From the NCBI GenBank assembly GCA_963835005.1, contig CAWIEA010000005.1, positions 44,069 to 108,068 of the forward strand: DNA of 64,000 bases, read 5' to 3'. The position numbers were made by a program, and so were the translations under genes. Numbering within the stretch: position 1 is the stretch's first letter; every line of letters starts with the position of its first letter. Below the pieces are notes generated by a model that saw nothing but the letters and a program-made list of their open reading frames with translations, did no database searches and was not told where the DNA came from. The DNA is from an uncultured Acidimicrobiia bacterium (lineage in GTDB: Bacteria > Actinomycetota > Acidimicrobiia > IMCC26256 > JAENVU01). Below, in pieces: positions 29,024-40,128 of this stretch.

Positions 29024-30106
29024 ATGCGCGCAGCCGTCCTCGAATCCGTCCCCGGCGATCTCGTCATCGACGACCTCCAGATCGGCGACGTCGGTCCTCG
29101 CGAGGTGCTCGTCCACACGGTCACCGCGGGCATCTGCCACTCCGACCTCCACTTCATGGAGGGCAAGTACCCCTGCCCGGTGCCCGCGGTGCTCGGGCAC
29201 GAGTCGGCCGGGATCGTCGAGGCGGTCGGCTCGGAGGTCAGCTACCTCCAGCCCGGCGACCACGTGATCTCCTGCATCTCCGGCTTCTGCGGGATCTGCG
29301 CGTACTGCCTCACCGGACGGCCGAACCTCTGCGACAGGACGGGGATGGCCGCGGACCCGACCGGACCGCCGCGGCTGCGACGGGGCGACCAGGCCGTCCA
29401 CCAGTTCTTCGACCTGTCGAGCTTCGCCGAGCAGCTGCTCGTCCACGAGAACCACCTGGTGAAGATCCGCGACGACATGCCGCTCGACAAGGCCGCACTC
29501 ATCGGCTGCGGCGTGACCACCGGCGTCGGTGCGGTGATGAACACCGCGAAGGTCGCGCCGGGCGAGACCGTCGCGGTGATCGGTTGCGGCGGGATCGGGC
29601 TGAACGCGATCCAGGCCGCGGCGATCGTCGGTGCCGGGCGCATCATCGCGGTGGACCGAGTTCCGGCGAAGCTGCAGATGGCCGAGGACTTCGGCGCGAC
29701 CGACCTCGTGAACGCGTCCGAGGTCGACCCGATCCTCGCAGTCCTCGAGCTCACCGGCGGTGGCGTCGACCACGCGTTCGAGGCCATCGGGCTGAAGGCG
29801 ACGGCCGAGCAGGCGTTCAACATGCTCGCCAAGGGCGGGACGGCCACGGTCATCGGCATGATCCCGCTCGGCGAGAGCATCGAGCTCCAGGGCTTCCAGC
29901 TCCTGCTCGAGAAGAAGATCCAGGGCTCGAACATGGGCTCGAACCGGTTCCGGGTCGACATGCCGCAGTACGTCGAGTGGTACCTCGCGGGCCGGCTGAA
30001 GCTCGACGAGCTCGTCAGCGCAGTGATCACCCTCGACGAGATCAACGACGGCTTCGCGGCGCTGAAGACCGGCGAGGTCGCCCGCACCCTCATCGCCTTC
30101 GACTAG
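29024..30106 (+). CDS. zinc-dependent alcohol dehydrogenase (MDR superfamily, class III-like)
   Basis: ORF 29015..30106 is intact. It has GICHSDLH, GHESAGIVEAVG, C..C..C......C (structural zinc) and GCGGIGLNAIQ. TAGCGT lies 7 nt before ATG 29024. Confidence 0.9.
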   Translation: MRAAVLESVPGDLVIDDLQIGDVGPREVLVHTVTAGICHSDLHFMEGKYPCPVPAVLGHESAGIVEAVGSEVSYLQPGDHVISCISGFCGICAYCLTGRPNLCDRTGMAADPTGPPRLRRGDQAVHQFFDLSSFAEQLLVHENHLVKIRDDMPLDKAALIGCGVTTGVGAVMNTAKVAPGETVAVIGCGGIGLNAIQAAAIVGAGRIIAVDRVPAKLQMAEDFGATDLVNASEVDPILAVLELTGGGVDHAFEAIGLKATAEQAFNMLAKGGTATVIGMIPLGESIELQGFQLLLEKKIQGSNMGSNRFRVDMPQYVEWYLAGRLKLDELVSAVITLDEINDGFAALKTGEVARTLIAFD

Positions 30107-30176
30107 CCGCACCCACGTTTCCGGGGCGCGTTGCGTATAGTCCCCGCGGAATCCGGAGCCGGCGAGTCAGGGCGGG

Positions 30177-31666
30177 ATGCGGACGGTCTGGGGAGTGCTG
30201 GGAGCGATGGTCGCGGCGCTCGGACTCGCCCTGTCCTGCGCGTTCGCACTGCCGACGTTCGCGGGCTCCGACGAGGCTGCGCACTACTCGTACACCCTCG
30301 AGGTGGCGAAAGGTCGGCTCCCGACCATCAACACGAAGATGCCGACCGACGAGTCGCCACTGCTCAAACGCTGGCTCTCGCTCAGCAACACACCGGACCG
30401 TCGACGCACCATCTGGGTCGCCAATCATCCACCGCTGTACTACGCGCTCGCGGCACCAGTCGAGAAGCTCGCGGAGGCCACGGGCGGGGAGAACTCCGGC
30501 TTTCACTCGCTGCGCGTCCTCGAGCGCGATCTTCACCGCGCTCAGCGTCGGCACGATGGCGCTCTTCGCTCGCGAGGCGTTCGGGGACGAACCGCTGCTC
30601 GTGGTCGCAACCGCGGGGATGACCGCGGCGCTGCCGTACGTCCCCGGAACCGGCGGCTTGGCCTTCAACGATTCGCTCGGTCTCCTGCTCAGTGCCGCGT
30701 CGCTCACCGCGGCCGCCCGCATCGTCCGGCGCGGGCCGAGCTGGCCCCGCGTGATCGGCGCGACGATCGCCGTCGGAGCGGCCGCCTTGACCCGGGCGGA
30801 GCTGCTGCTCATCGCTCCGCTGTTGCTCGCCGCGTTCGGCATCAGCGTGTTCGCGAGGTCCGGTCGCCCGAAGGGGCGCGTGTTGGTGGAGCAGCTGGCG
30901 TGTCTCGCCGTCGTCCCGATCGCGGCGAGCGCGTGGTTCTATCTCCGGAACCGCAACCTGTACGGGAGCTGGACCGGATCCGAATATCTGCTCCACCGGT
31001 TCCACCGATCACCCGAGCTCGGCAGCGTCTTCGACGTCCTCTGGAAGCACCAGCTGCTCCAGAGGATGTGGTCGCGCATCTTCACCGCGACGCCGACCTT
31101 GGCCGGGACGTTTCGCACCGAAGGCATCTTCGGTGGGTCCTGGAACTCCCCGAACTGGCGCTCCGGGTTCCCCGTCGCGCTGGTCGTGCTCGGTCTCGCG
31201 CTGCTCGGTGCCGTCCGCGGGGATCCGCCGGTGGCGGACGTCGAGAGCATGGTCACCCGAGGGGCGGCGCTGGCTCGGCTTCGTCGCGCTCCTGCTCGTC
31301 TACTGCGTCGTCGTCAGCGTCGCGGTCGCCCAGTCGGTCGCGGCCGGTCACTCTCCCTGGGCTCGATACCTCTTCCCGGTGGTGCCGGTCGTCGTCCTCG
31401 GCGCAGTGTGGGGCCTGCACCAGCTCTGGGCCTCCCGCTGGTTGCTGGTCGCCGTGGTGACCATGATGTTCGTCGTCGAGGCCGTGGTCCTGGTCTCACT
31501 CGTCCCCGATCACCTCCTGTACCCGTACATCGGGATGGGGGCTCCCGGCCTCAGCCCCGTCGGCCGCGACCTCGGCCGCATCGTGGCGCTGATCGGGGCG
31601 ATCGTCACGGTCGCGGCGATCGCATGGCAGCCGCGCGCTCGAGTCGACGCGGTGGACCTCAGGTGA
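30177..31666 (+). pseudogene. polytopic GT-C/PMT_2-like membrane protein, two frameshifts (about 30500 and 31255)
   Basis: ORF 30177..31460 starts MRTVWGVLGAMVAALGLALSC...DEAAHYSYTLEVAKGRLP...NHPPLYYALAAP. The middle lies in the frame of ORF 29020..31806 (IFTALSVGTMALFAREAFGD...AWFYLRNRNLYGSWTGSEYL...). The end lies in ORF 31133..31666 (WLGFVALLLVYCVVVSV...). It is hydrophobic throughout. Confidence 0.55.
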
Positions 31667-32697
31667 AGTCGAGGGCGCGGCGGGCCAGGGCCGGGACGCC
31701 GGCTTCGAGGAACGCGAACACCGCGTCGTCGCTCGTTCCCGCGGTGAAGCGCGCGTACGACCCCTCCATGACGCACGCGAGCTTGAACAGCCCGAGCACG
31801 CAGTAGAACGCGAGGTTCGAGAGGTCGCGGCCGGTCGCCACGGCGTAGCGGTCGGCGAGCTCCGACCGGGTCGGGACGGGCCCGTGGCCGAGCAGCGCCA
31901 CGTTGGCGCCACCGAAGAACGACGCTTCCTCCCCCGGGTCCACCCAGAGACCGAGCAGCCAGCCGAGGTCGACGAGCGGGTCGCCGACCGTCGCCTGCTC
32001 CCAGTCGAGGACCGCGAGCGGCGTCACCGGCGGCGTCGGCTCGAACATGACGTTGTCGAGCTTGTAGTCGCCATGGATGACGGTCGGGTCCTGCATCTCC
32101 GGCGTGTGTCGCCTGGAGCCAGCGCCCCGCCTCCTCGACCTCGGGGATGTCGCGGGTCTTGTACTTCTCCAGCTGCCCGAGCCAGCGCGGGACCTGGCGG
32201 TCGAGGTAGCCCTCGGGCTTCCCGAAGCCGTCGAGGCCGCCCGCCTCCCAGTCGAAGGCGTGGATGCCGGTGAGCAGGTCGACGAGCGCGTGCGCGAAGG
32301 CGGCCGGCGATCCCTCGTCCGCCGCGAACGCCTCCGGCATCGCGTCCCGCACCACGATCCCCTCGAGCCGCTCCATCAGGTAGAAGGGCGCGCCGATCAC
32401 CTCGGGATCCGTGCACAGCGCGATCGGCGTCGGCACCGGCACGTCTGCGCCGTGCGCCACGAGAGTGCTCAGCAGCAGGTGCTCCCGGGCCATGTCGTGC
32501 GCGGTCGGCGACAGCGGCGTACGCGGCGGCCGGCGCAGCACGTAGGTGTTCGAGCCGCGCTCGACGAGGAACACCTCGTTCGAGTGCCCGGTCGTGATGC
32601 GCGCGACGGCGATCGACTCGCCCGGGTCGATCCCCTGCGCGTCGAGCCAGGACCGCAAGCGGTCCGGGTCGACGAGCGGTAGCTGGTCCTTCCCCAC
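31659..32697 (-). pseudogene. phosphotransferase (APH-like) family protein, one frameshift near 32100
   Basis: ORF 31510..32697 covers the N-terminus ([25 protein letters not shown]...APFYLMERLEG...). The C-terminus is in ORF 31659..32096 (VIHGDYKLDNVMF...VLDWEQATVGDPLVDLGW...). Confidence 0.75.
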
Positions 32698-32722
32698 GGG
32701 CCCGGAGGCTAGGGGACGAGGG

Positions 32723-33682
32723 TCAGCTGCGGGCCTTGAGCGCCTCGATCAGCTTCGGCACGACCTTCTTCACGTCGCCGACGACACCGAGGTCGGCGAT
32801 CGAGAAGATCGGAGCCTCGGCGTCCTTGTTCACGGCGATGATGTTGTCCGAGCCCTTCATGCCGACCATGTGCTGGGTGGCACCGGAGATGCCGAGGGCG
32901 ATGTACAGCTTCGGCTTCACCGTCTTGCCGGTCTGGCCGACCTGCTTCGAGTACGGCACCCAGCCGGCGTCGACGATCGCACGCGAGGCACCCGACGCGC
33001 CCTTGAGCAGCTTGGCCAGCTCCTCCACGAGCGGGTCGTAGTTCTCGGCGTCGCCGAGCCCGCGCCCGCCGGACACGACGACCGTCGCCTCCTCGAGCTT
33101 CGGGCCTTCCTGCTCCTCGACGTGACGGTCGAGCACCTTCGCCTCGGTGGAGCGGCCCGCGCTCACGTCGGCGACGGCCACGACCTCGCCCGCGCCACTG
33201 CCGCCCGCCTCGGCCGCGAACGACTTCGGGCGCACGCCACACAGGTACGGCTTCGGGCCCTCGAACTCGGTGTCGACGAGCGTGTTGCCGCCGAAGATCG
33301 CGGTGCGGGCCTTCAGCGTGTCGCCGTCGGCCGAGAGGTCCATCAGGTTCGTGAGCACGGTGCGGCCGAGACGGGCCGACAGGCGACCCATCGCGTCACG
33401 GCCGTCGTAGCTCTGCGCGAACAGGATCACGTCGGGCGACTCGGCCTCGACGATCGAGGCGACGACCGCGGCACCGAACACACCGGCGAGCGCGTCGCCC
33501 TGGTCGGCACTGAACACCTTCGCGGCGCCGTACTCGCCGAGCGCGGGCGCGATGACGGCCGCGTCGGAACCCACGTACACGGCCTCGACCGTGTCCCCGA
33601 GGTCGCGCGCCTTCGTCAGGAGCTCCAACGTGGCGGTGGTCGGCTTGTCGCCGTCTGCTTCGGCGAACACCCAGATCTTCAC
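32723..33682 (-). CDS. etfA: electron transfer flavoprotein subunit alpha
   Basis: ORF 32723..33784 is trimmed to GTG 33682 (VKIWVFAE...). It has VVSGGRGLG...[11 protein letters not shown]...[25 protein letters not shown]. It is intact. Confidence 0.9.
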   Translation of the reverse strand: MKIWVFAEADGDKPTTATLELLTKARDLGDTVEAVYVGSDAAVIAPALGEYGAAKVFSADQGDALAGVFGAAVVASIVEAESPDVILFAQSYDGRDAMGRLSARLGRTVLTNLMDLSADGDTLKARTAIFGGNTLVDTEFEGPKPYLCGVRPKSFAAEAGGSGAGEVVAVADVSAGRSTEAKVLDRHVEEQEGPKLEEATVVVSGGRGLGDAENYDPLVEELAKLLKGASGASRAIVDAGWVPYSKQVGQTGKTVKPKLYIALGISGATQHMVGMKGSDNIIAVNKDAEAPIFSIADLGVVGDVKKVVPKLIEALKARS

Positions 33683-33709
33683 AACCAGTCTCCTCAGATC
33701 CTCAGATGA

Positions 33710-34473
33710 CCTTGAGCTGCTCGAGGAACGCCACGATGCGCTCGTACGCCTCGCCCTCGTCCTCGATCTTCTCGCCGGCCTCACGGGCGGGCGCGGCTTC
33801 GACGTTCACGATCTTCTGGTTCGGCGCGACGTCGTCGGCGCTCAGGCCGAGGTCCGCCGACCGTCACCTCGTCGACCGGCTTGCTCTTCGCCGCCATGAT
33901 CCCCTTGAACGAGGGGTAGCGGGGCTCGACGACACCGGCCGTCACGCTCACGACCGCGGGGAGGGGCGCCTCGACCTCGTCGTAGCCGGCCTCGGTCTGG
34001 CGCTGCACCTTCGCCTTGGAGTCCGCGATCTCGATCTCCTTGGTGAACGTCAGCGACGGCCAGTCGAGGAGCTCGGCGACCTGCGCCGGGATCGTGCCGG
34101 TGTACCCGTCGGTCGCCTCGGTCGCGGTGATGACGAGGTCGACGGCGCCGGCGCGCTCGACGCACTTGGCGAGCACCTTCGAGGTGGTCAGCGCGTCGGC
34201 GCCGTGCAGCGAGTCGTCCGAGACGAGGATCGCCTTGGCCGCGCCCATGGCGAGCGCGGTGCGCAGACCCGACACTTCGCCGTTCGGGGCCATCGAGACG
34301 AGGGTGACCTCGCCGCCGCCGGCCTTGTCGACGAGCTGGAGCGCCATCTCGACGCCGTAGCTGTCGGACTCGTCGAGGATGAGCTTGCCCTCACGCTTCA
34401 GCGTGTGGTCTGCGTTCAGCTCGCCCGGGACCGCCGGGTCGGGGATCTGCTTGACGGTGACGACGATGTTCAT
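33710..34473 (-). pseudogene. etfB: electron transfer flavoprotein subunit beta, one frameshift near 33855
   Basis: ORF 33781..34473 reads MNIVVTVKQIPDP...LDESDSYGVEMAL...VSMAP...IMAAKSKPVDEVTV and then nonsense. An adjacent frame gives ...DLGLSADDVAPNQKIVNVEAAPAREAGEKIEDEGEAYERIVAFLEQLKVI-stop at about 33710. Confidence 0.85.
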
Positions 34474-34570
34474 CGGTCTCCGAGGGGTCGGGGCGCGCCG
34501 AAAGGCGGCGTACCGCGGGGTGACGACGGGAGATTCTGGCCCGAGTGACGGCCGAGTGTCGAAGCGGGCC

Positions 34571-35383
34571 TCAGGTCACGTCACGGCGGGCGAACGTCGC
34601 CAGCGCCGCCCCACCGAGCACGACGAGGTAGAGCACGATCACCAGGGCGCCGGCGAGGGGCTCCATCGTGTAGCCGCTCATCCGCGTCTCCTCGCCGCCG
34701 AACGCGGCGATCAGGTTCTCGACGAGCAGCCAGGGCGTCACCACATGCACGTTCCCCTGGAGGACCCCCTCGACCCCCACGAGGTAGCCGAACCAGATCC
34801 CGAGGGCGGCGGCGGTGTTGCGGCCGAGAGTGGCAACCGCGGCGCTCAGCACCGTCAGCGCCCCCGCGATGAGGACGCCGCGAGCCAGCGTCACGAGCAG
34901 CTGCCCCCAGAACTCGCCACCGGTGCCCGCCGAGGACCCGTTCGCGGCCACGCCCACGATCCATCCGCCGACGAACACACCGAGCACCACCACGAAGGTC
35001 CCCATCCCGACCAGGGCGATGGCGAGGAAGCGCACGAGCAGCAGCCGGACCCGGCGCGGCTCCCACGTCAGGATCGTCGTCACCGTCCCGGCCCGGAACT
35101 CCGCGCCGACCGCGCTGGCACCGAACGCGAGGAGCCCGAGGTACGTGAAGACGGAGATCGGCACGATCCGGTTGCGTTGCGCGACGCCGAGCTCGATCGC
35201 GCGGGAGTCGCGCAGCCACAGGTCGGTCGTCCGCATCACGTCGTTGTCGATCGACGACGGATGGCTGTTCACGATGGTCACGACCAGCCAGATCGCCACG
35301 ATCGCCAGGAGCGCGATCACGGTCCAGAACCACATCCGCCGGCTGGTGAGCCGACGCAGCTCGCTCGCGAGCAGCGCGTTCAC
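34571..35383 (-). CDS. ABC-2-type transporter permease
   Basis: This is the tail of ORF 34571..35710 from GTG 35383, which shares a GTGA overlap with the ATPase stop. It has six hydrophobic spans (VNALLASELRRLTSRRMWFWTVIALLAIVAIW...). Confidence 0.7.
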   Translation of the reverse strand: MNALLASELRRLTSRRMWFWTVIALLAIVAIWLVVTIVNSHPSSIDNDVMRTTDLWLRDSRAIELGVAQRNRIVPISVFTYLGLLAFGASAVGAEFRAGTVTTILTWEPRRVRLLLVRFLAIALVGMGTFVVVLGVFVGGWIVGVAANGSSAGTGGEFWGQLLVTLARGVLIAGALTVLSAAVATLGRNTAAALGIWFGYLVGVEGVLQGNVHVVTPWLLVENLIAAFGGEETRMSGYTMEPLAGALVIVLYLVVLGGAALATFARRDVT

Positions 35384-36303
35384 CGGTCGGGCCCTCGGCC
35401 CTCGGTCAGCTGCAGGAAGACCGTCTCGAGATCCACTTCCTCGGCGCGGAGCTCGGCGAGGAAGATGCCGTCGCGTGCGAGCACCTCGGTGACCCGGGCC
35501 CCCTGCTCTGGCGGGACGTCGACGTAGAGGAGATCGGTCGTCGGGTCGTACGCGCTCGCGACGATCCCCGCGTGGCCGAGCACCTGCGTCGCGATCCCGG
35601 CGTCCGGCACCTTGACGAGCACACGAGCCGCGCCGCCGAGCGCCAGGACCTCGCGGACCGTCCCCTCGGTGACCAGCCGACCGCGGGCGATGATCGCGAC
35701 CCGGTCGCACATGTGCTGGACCTCGCCGAGCAGGTGGCTCGACACGAACACGGTCCGCCCCTCGGCCCCGAGCGACCGGATCAGATCGCGGAACTCCTTG
35801 ATCCCGGCCGGGTCGAGCCCGTTCGCGGGCTCGTCGAGGATCAGGAGCGCGGGATCCTTCAGCAGTGCGGCCGCGAGCCCGATCCGCTGCTTCATCCCGA
35901 GCGAGTAGGTGCGCACCTTGTCGTCCTCACGGCCGTGCAGCCCGACGCGCTCGAGCATGTCGGCGCACGCCTTCGGACCGATCCGCTCGATGCGGCCGAG
36001 CAGCTCGAGGTTCTTGCGCCCGGAGAACTGCGGGAACAGCGCGGGCGTCTCGACGATCGCGCCGACCCGGCTGATGACCGAGGCGAGGTCACCGGGCACC
36101 GCGGCGCCGAGCATCGAGATCTCACCGCCCGTCGGCCGGACCAGCCCGAGCAGGCACCGGATCGTCGTCGTCTTCCCGGAACCGTTCGGCCCGAGGAACC
36201 CGAACACGCCACCGTCGGGCACGGCGAGGTCGAGCCCGGCCACCGCGACCGACTTCCCACCCGCGTACTCCTTGCGGAGCCCGCCCAGCTCGATCACTGC
36301 CAT
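35380..36303 (-). CDS. ABC transporter ATP-binding protein
   Basis: ORF 35380..36303 is intact. It has GPNGSGKTT (Walker A), LSLGMKQRIGLA (signature-like), LLILDEP (Walker B) and SSHLL. Confidence 0.9.
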   Translation of the reverse strand: MAVIELGGLRKEYAGGKSVAVAGLDLAVPDGGVFGFLGPNGSGKTTTIRCLLGLVRPTGGEISMLGAAVPGDLASVISRVGAIVETPALFPQFSGRKNLELLGRIERIGPKACADMLERVGLHGREDDKVRTYSLGMKQRIGLAAALLKDPALLILDEPANGLDPAGIKEFRDLIRSLGAEGRTVFVSSHLLGEVQHMCDRVAIIARGRLVTEGTVREVLALGGAARVLVKVPDAGIATQVLGHAGIVASAYDPTTDLLYVDVPPEQGARVTEVLARDGIFLAELRAEEVDLETVFLQLTEGRGPDR

Positions 36304-36342
36304 CGGCGGGAGACGCTAGGGCACGGCGGCCGCGCCCTCGGG

Positions 36343-37401
36343 TCAGACGTTCAGGATGGCGGCACCGGCGCCCGGCTCCACGAGGATCTTCACCTGCTGC
36401 TCGGGGTTTGCGAGCGCGTCGAACGCGCCGGGAACGCCGTCGACCCCGACGATGCCGGTGAGCATCGGCGTGACGTCGAGCTCGCCCTCCGCGATGTGGC
36501 GGAGCGTGTCCCCGAATTCGTCGGGCCCGTAATAGAACGTGAACTGCAGGTTCAGCTCCTTCACGATGCCGACGAGCGGGAGCATGTGGTCGGTCTCCAT
36601 GCAGACCCCGACGATCACGATCCGCGTGAGCGGCGGCGCGTCGCGCATGGCCTGGTCGATGATCCCGGGGATCCCGATCGCCTCGAAGATCACGACCGGT
36701 CGCACACCACCGACGCGGTGCCACGCGTCGATCGCGGACTCGGTCGTCGGGGTCACCACCTCGTCTGCGCCCATGGCCGTCGCGATCGCACGCCGACGCT
36801 GCGAGTAGTCCGCGGCGACGACCGGCTCGATCCCCTTGGCCTTCAGCGCCGCGATGAGCGCAAGCCCGACCGGCCCGCAGCCGAGGACGAGCGCGCCCTC
36901 CCCCGGCTTGATGCCGGACTTGTTCACCGCGTGCAGGCCGACGGTCATCGGCTCGGTCAGCGCGGCACGGCGGGAGTCCAGGCCGTTCGGGACCTTCAGG
37001 CACATGCCGGCGGTGAGCCGCATCCGGTCGGCGTAGCCACCGTTGTAGGTGTTCGAGAAGCCGATCGGCTGGAGGCCGGCGCCGCCGTCGGTGAGCGCGA
37101 ACGGCATCGACACCACGAGGTCGCCCGGCTGCACCGGCGCGCCGTCGGTCTCGGGCCCGAGCTCGAGCACCTCGGCCGAGAACTCGTGGCCCATCACGAA
37201 GTCGGCCTCGGGGTCGAAGCCCGCGTCGGCGCCGCTCAGGTTCGCAACCTCGAGCATCGAGTCGGCGTGGTGCAGCGTGTGCAGGTCCGACCCGCAGATG
37301 CCGCACGCCTTCACCGCCACCAGCGCGTCGCCCGGTCCGGGGACCGGATCGCTGACGTCCTCCACCACCATGTGCCCTCGACGGGCGATCGCTGCACGCA
37401 T
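36343..37401 (-). CDS. zinc-binding MDR dehydrogenase (threonine/sorbitol dehydrogenase-like)
   Basis: ORF 36343..37653 is trimmed to ATG 37401 (MRAAIARRG...). It has CGICGSDLH, GHEFSAEV and GCGPVGLALIAA. The start was chosen because GAGGAT lies 7 nt upstream and TTGACC lies 17 nt further. Confidence 0.85.
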   Translation of the reverse strand: MRAAIARRGHMVVEDVSDPVPGPGDALVAVKACGICGSDLHTLHHADSMLEVANLSGADAGFDPEADFVMGHEFSAEVLELGPETDGAPVQPGDLVVSMPFALTDGGAGLQPIGFSNTYNGGYADRMRLTAGMCLKVPNGLDSRRAALTEPMTVGLHAVNKSGIKPGEGALVLGCGPVGLALIAALKAKGIEPVVAADYSQRRRAIATAMGADEVVTPTTESAIDAWHRVGGVRPVVIFEAIGIPGIIDQAMRDAPPLTRIVIVGVCMETDHMLPLVGIVKELNLQFTFYYGPDEFGDTLRHIAEGELDVTPMLTGIVGVDGVPGAFDALANPEQQVKILVEPGAGAAILNV

Positions 37402-37420
37402 GCGCGCCATCCTCGGCCCG

Positions 37421-37438
37421 CTTGACCGCCCGGTCAAG
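37421..37438. promoter_or_regulatory. 18-bp perfect palindrome CTTGACCG-CC-CGGTCAAG in a 70-bp divergent promoter region (candidate operator; both halves double as TTGACC -35 boxes)
   Basis: Read directly. It lies between the MDR dehydrogenase start (37401, minus) and the carboxyltransferase start (37472, plus). A second perfect copy is at 50477-50494. Confidence 0.7.
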
Positions 37439-37471
37439 CGAACGGGACACTCGACGCGTGGTGGTCGCGAG

Positions 37472-39027
37472 GTGACCTGGGATCCCGAGCTCGGCGAGCT
37501 GCGGAAGCGGCACGCGTTCGCCCACGAGATGGGTGGGCCCGAGAAGGTCAAGAAGCACCGCGACCTCGGCAAGCTCCCCGTGCGCGAGCGCATCGACGGG
37601 CTCCTGGACCCGGGGACGTTCCACGAGATCGGCGGGCTCACCGGCCGCGGCACCTACGAGGAGGGTGAGCTCAGCTCGCTCACGCCCGCCAACTTCGTGA
37701 TGGGACGCGGCCGGATCGACGGCCGCACGGTCGTCGTCGGCGGTGACGACTTCACCGTCCGGGGCGGCGCGGCCGACGCGTCGATCTTCCAGAAGCAGGT
37801 GCACGCGGAGCGGATGGCCCACGACCTCGGGCTCCCGATCGTGCGCCTGGTCGACGGCTCGGGTGGCGGCGGCTCGGTGAAGACGCTCGAGACCGAGCGG
37901 CGCGCGTTCGTGCCGTTCAACCCGGGCTGGGAGTGGGTGGTCGGCAACCTGGCACGGGTGCCGGTCGTCAGCCTGTGCCTCGGATCGGTCGCGGGCCTCG
38001 GCGCGGCGCGCGTGGTCACGAGCCACTACTCGATGATGGTGAAGGACACCTCGCACCTGTTCGTCGCCGGCCCCGTCGTCGTGAACCAGCTCGGCACCGA
38101 GACCGTCGACAAGGAGACGCTCGGCGGGAGCCGGATCCACACCCGCAACGGCACGGTCGACGACGAGGTCGCCAGCGAGTGGGAGGCGTTCGCCCGCGCC
38201 CGGCGGCTCCTCTCGTACCTCCCGTCGTGCGTGGACGAGCTGCCACCGCGCGGCGAGGTCACCGACGACCCCGAGCGCCGCGAACCGTCGCTCATCGACG
38301 CGATCCCGCGCGAGCGCCGCAAGGTCTACAAGGTGCGGTCGGTCATCGACGCGGTCGTCGACCTCGAGTCGTTCTTCGAGATCGGTCGGGGCTGGGGCCG
38401 GTCCGCGGTCACCGGGCTCGCCCGGATCGACGGCTGGCCGGTCGCGGTCCTGGCGAACGACCCGTACCACTACGCGGGCGGATGGACCGCCGACGCGTCG
38501 CGCAAGGTCGAGCGGTTCGTCGACCTCGCGGAGACGTTCCGCCTCCCCGTCGTGCACCTCGTCGACAACCCCGGGTTTCTCATCGGGTCCGCGTCCGAGC
38601 AGGCCGGGACCATCCGCCACGGGGCGCGGGCGCTCGCCGCGGTGTACCAGGCGACGGTGCCCTGGTGCTCGGTGCTGCTGCGCAAGGTGTACGGCGTGGC
38701 CGGCGCCGCGCACCAGAACGCATCCCGGTACTCCTACCGGTTCGCGTGGCCGTCCGGCGAGTGGGGCTCGCTGCCGCTCGAAGGCGGGATCGAAGCCGCG
38801 TACCGCGCGCGCAGCTCGAAGCGGCGGAGGACCCCGCTGCGCTCCGGACCGAGATCGAGGCCCGGCTCGCGAAGGCGCGCAACCCGTTCAAGACCGCGGA
38901 GGCATTCATGATCGAGGAGATCGTCGACCCCCGCGACACCCGGCCGCTCCTCTGCGAGTTCGCGAACCTGGCCGCCCCCCGCCGCGCCCGCGCCGCCGGC
39001 ACCCCACCGACCCGCCCCCGCCCCTAG
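37472..39027 (+). pseudogene. acyl-CoA carboxylase carboxyltransferase (beta) subunit, one frameshift near 38815
   Basis: It starts from GTG 37472 in ORF 37049..38911: ...KLPVRERIDGLLDPGTFHEIG...GRIDGRTVVVGGDDFTVRGG...ARIDGWPVAVLANDP...GGWTADASRKVERFVDLAETFRLPVVHLVDNPGF. The C-terminus (...LEAAEDPAALRTEIEARLAKARNPFKTAEAFMIEEIVDPRDTRPLL) is in the frame of ORF 37933..39027. Confidence 0.8.
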
Positions 39028-39039
39028 CCCCACGGTCGG

Positions 39040-39494
39040 TCAGAGGTCGAGGCGGAACCACGAGTCGGAGCCGAAGGTGCCGTCCTCGTCGTGGGTGTGG
39101 GTGAAGCCGGCGGCGAGGTAGAAGGCAACGGCCTCCGTCCACGCGGTCGACGTCTCGAGCACGACCCCGCCACACCGCCACTCGCGCGCGACGTCGATCA
39201 GGGCGCGCAGCACCGCGGATGCGATTCCGTGGCGACGGTGCTCACCGCGACCGACATTCTCTTCACCTCCGCCTCGCCCGGACCTGCGGGCACGATCACC
39301 CCGCACCCGACCACCGCGTCCCCGAGCCGGGCCACGACGACAGTGCCGTCCACGTACGCGGCACCGAGGTCGTCGACGTCGGGGTTCAGCGTGAGATCGA
39401 GGTCACCCCAGCGCTCCTCGAGCCCGGCGAGCACCACCCCGCGCACCGCGAGCCGGTCCTCGGTTCCGTACCGGTCGACGACGACGTCGCCCAC
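39040..39494 (-). pseudogene. GNAT family N-acetyltransferase, one frameshift near 39250
   Basis: ORF 39198..39494 (MGDVVVDRYGTEDR...VVGCGVIVPAGPGEAEVKRMSVA) continues in ORF 39040..39306 (EHRRHGIASAVLRALIDVAREWRCGGVVLETSTAWTEAVAFYLAAGF). Confidence 0.7.
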
Positions 39495-39497
39495 GGC

Positions 39498-40094
39498 TCA
39501 GTCCCGGATCCACACGCGCAGCGGACCGATCGCGGTGAAGCCGGCGGCGCGAGCGGCGTCGAGCATCGACCCGGTCTCGTAGCCGAAGAGGTCCAGACCC
39601 GGGTACCGGTCGCCCACCACTGCGACGAGCCAACGCCAGAGGTCGGACTCCGAGGTGGTGCCGTCCGGCTCGACGTTCGAGACACCGACCGCGTCGGCGC
39701 TGAGGTTCACGCGCACGCTCCCCACCCCGTCGGCCACGAGCAGCACCGGATCGGGGTCGGCCGCGGCGATCCCCCGCGACGCCGCCGACGCGCGCTGGAT
39801 CCATTCGGCGTCGAAGAGCACGCGGTAGCCGAACCGGGTGAGGTCGAGGTCGGCGAAGCTGTCCTTCACCGACGCACCGTCCGAGTCGTCGATGCGGGCG
39901 AGCACCGAGCGAGCGTCGGCCCCGGGCGCCAACGTGACCGCGTCCGGATGCAACGGGGGTGTCCGCTGCGGCGCCGTCCACGCATCGTCGGCGAAGGCGC
40001 CGACTACTCCTTGTGACCGCGCGACCGCATCGCACAGCTCTGCATTGTTCCGCGCCGCCCGCCTGACCCGGTCGTCCATCACGGAAAGCATCAC
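39498..40094 (-). CDS. hypothetical protein
   Basis: ORF 39498..40094 is intact at 198 aa with non-degenerate composition (MMLSVMDDRVRRAARNNAELCDAVARSQG...GYETGSMLDAARAAGFTAIGPLRVWIRD). No family was recognised. Confidence 0.5.
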   Translation of the reverse strand: MMLSVMDDRVRRAARNNAELCDAVARSQGVVGAFADDAWTAPQRTPPLHPDAVTLAPGADARSVLARIDDSDGASVKDSFADLDLTRFGYRVLFDAEWIQRASAASRGIAAADPDPVLLVADGVGSVRVNLSADAVGVSNVEPDGTTSESDLWRWLVAVVGDRYPGLDLFGYETGSMLDAARAAGFTAIGPLRVWIRD

Positions 40095-40128
40095 ACGACC
40101 GGATCACGCGTCGCGACACAATGCTGCC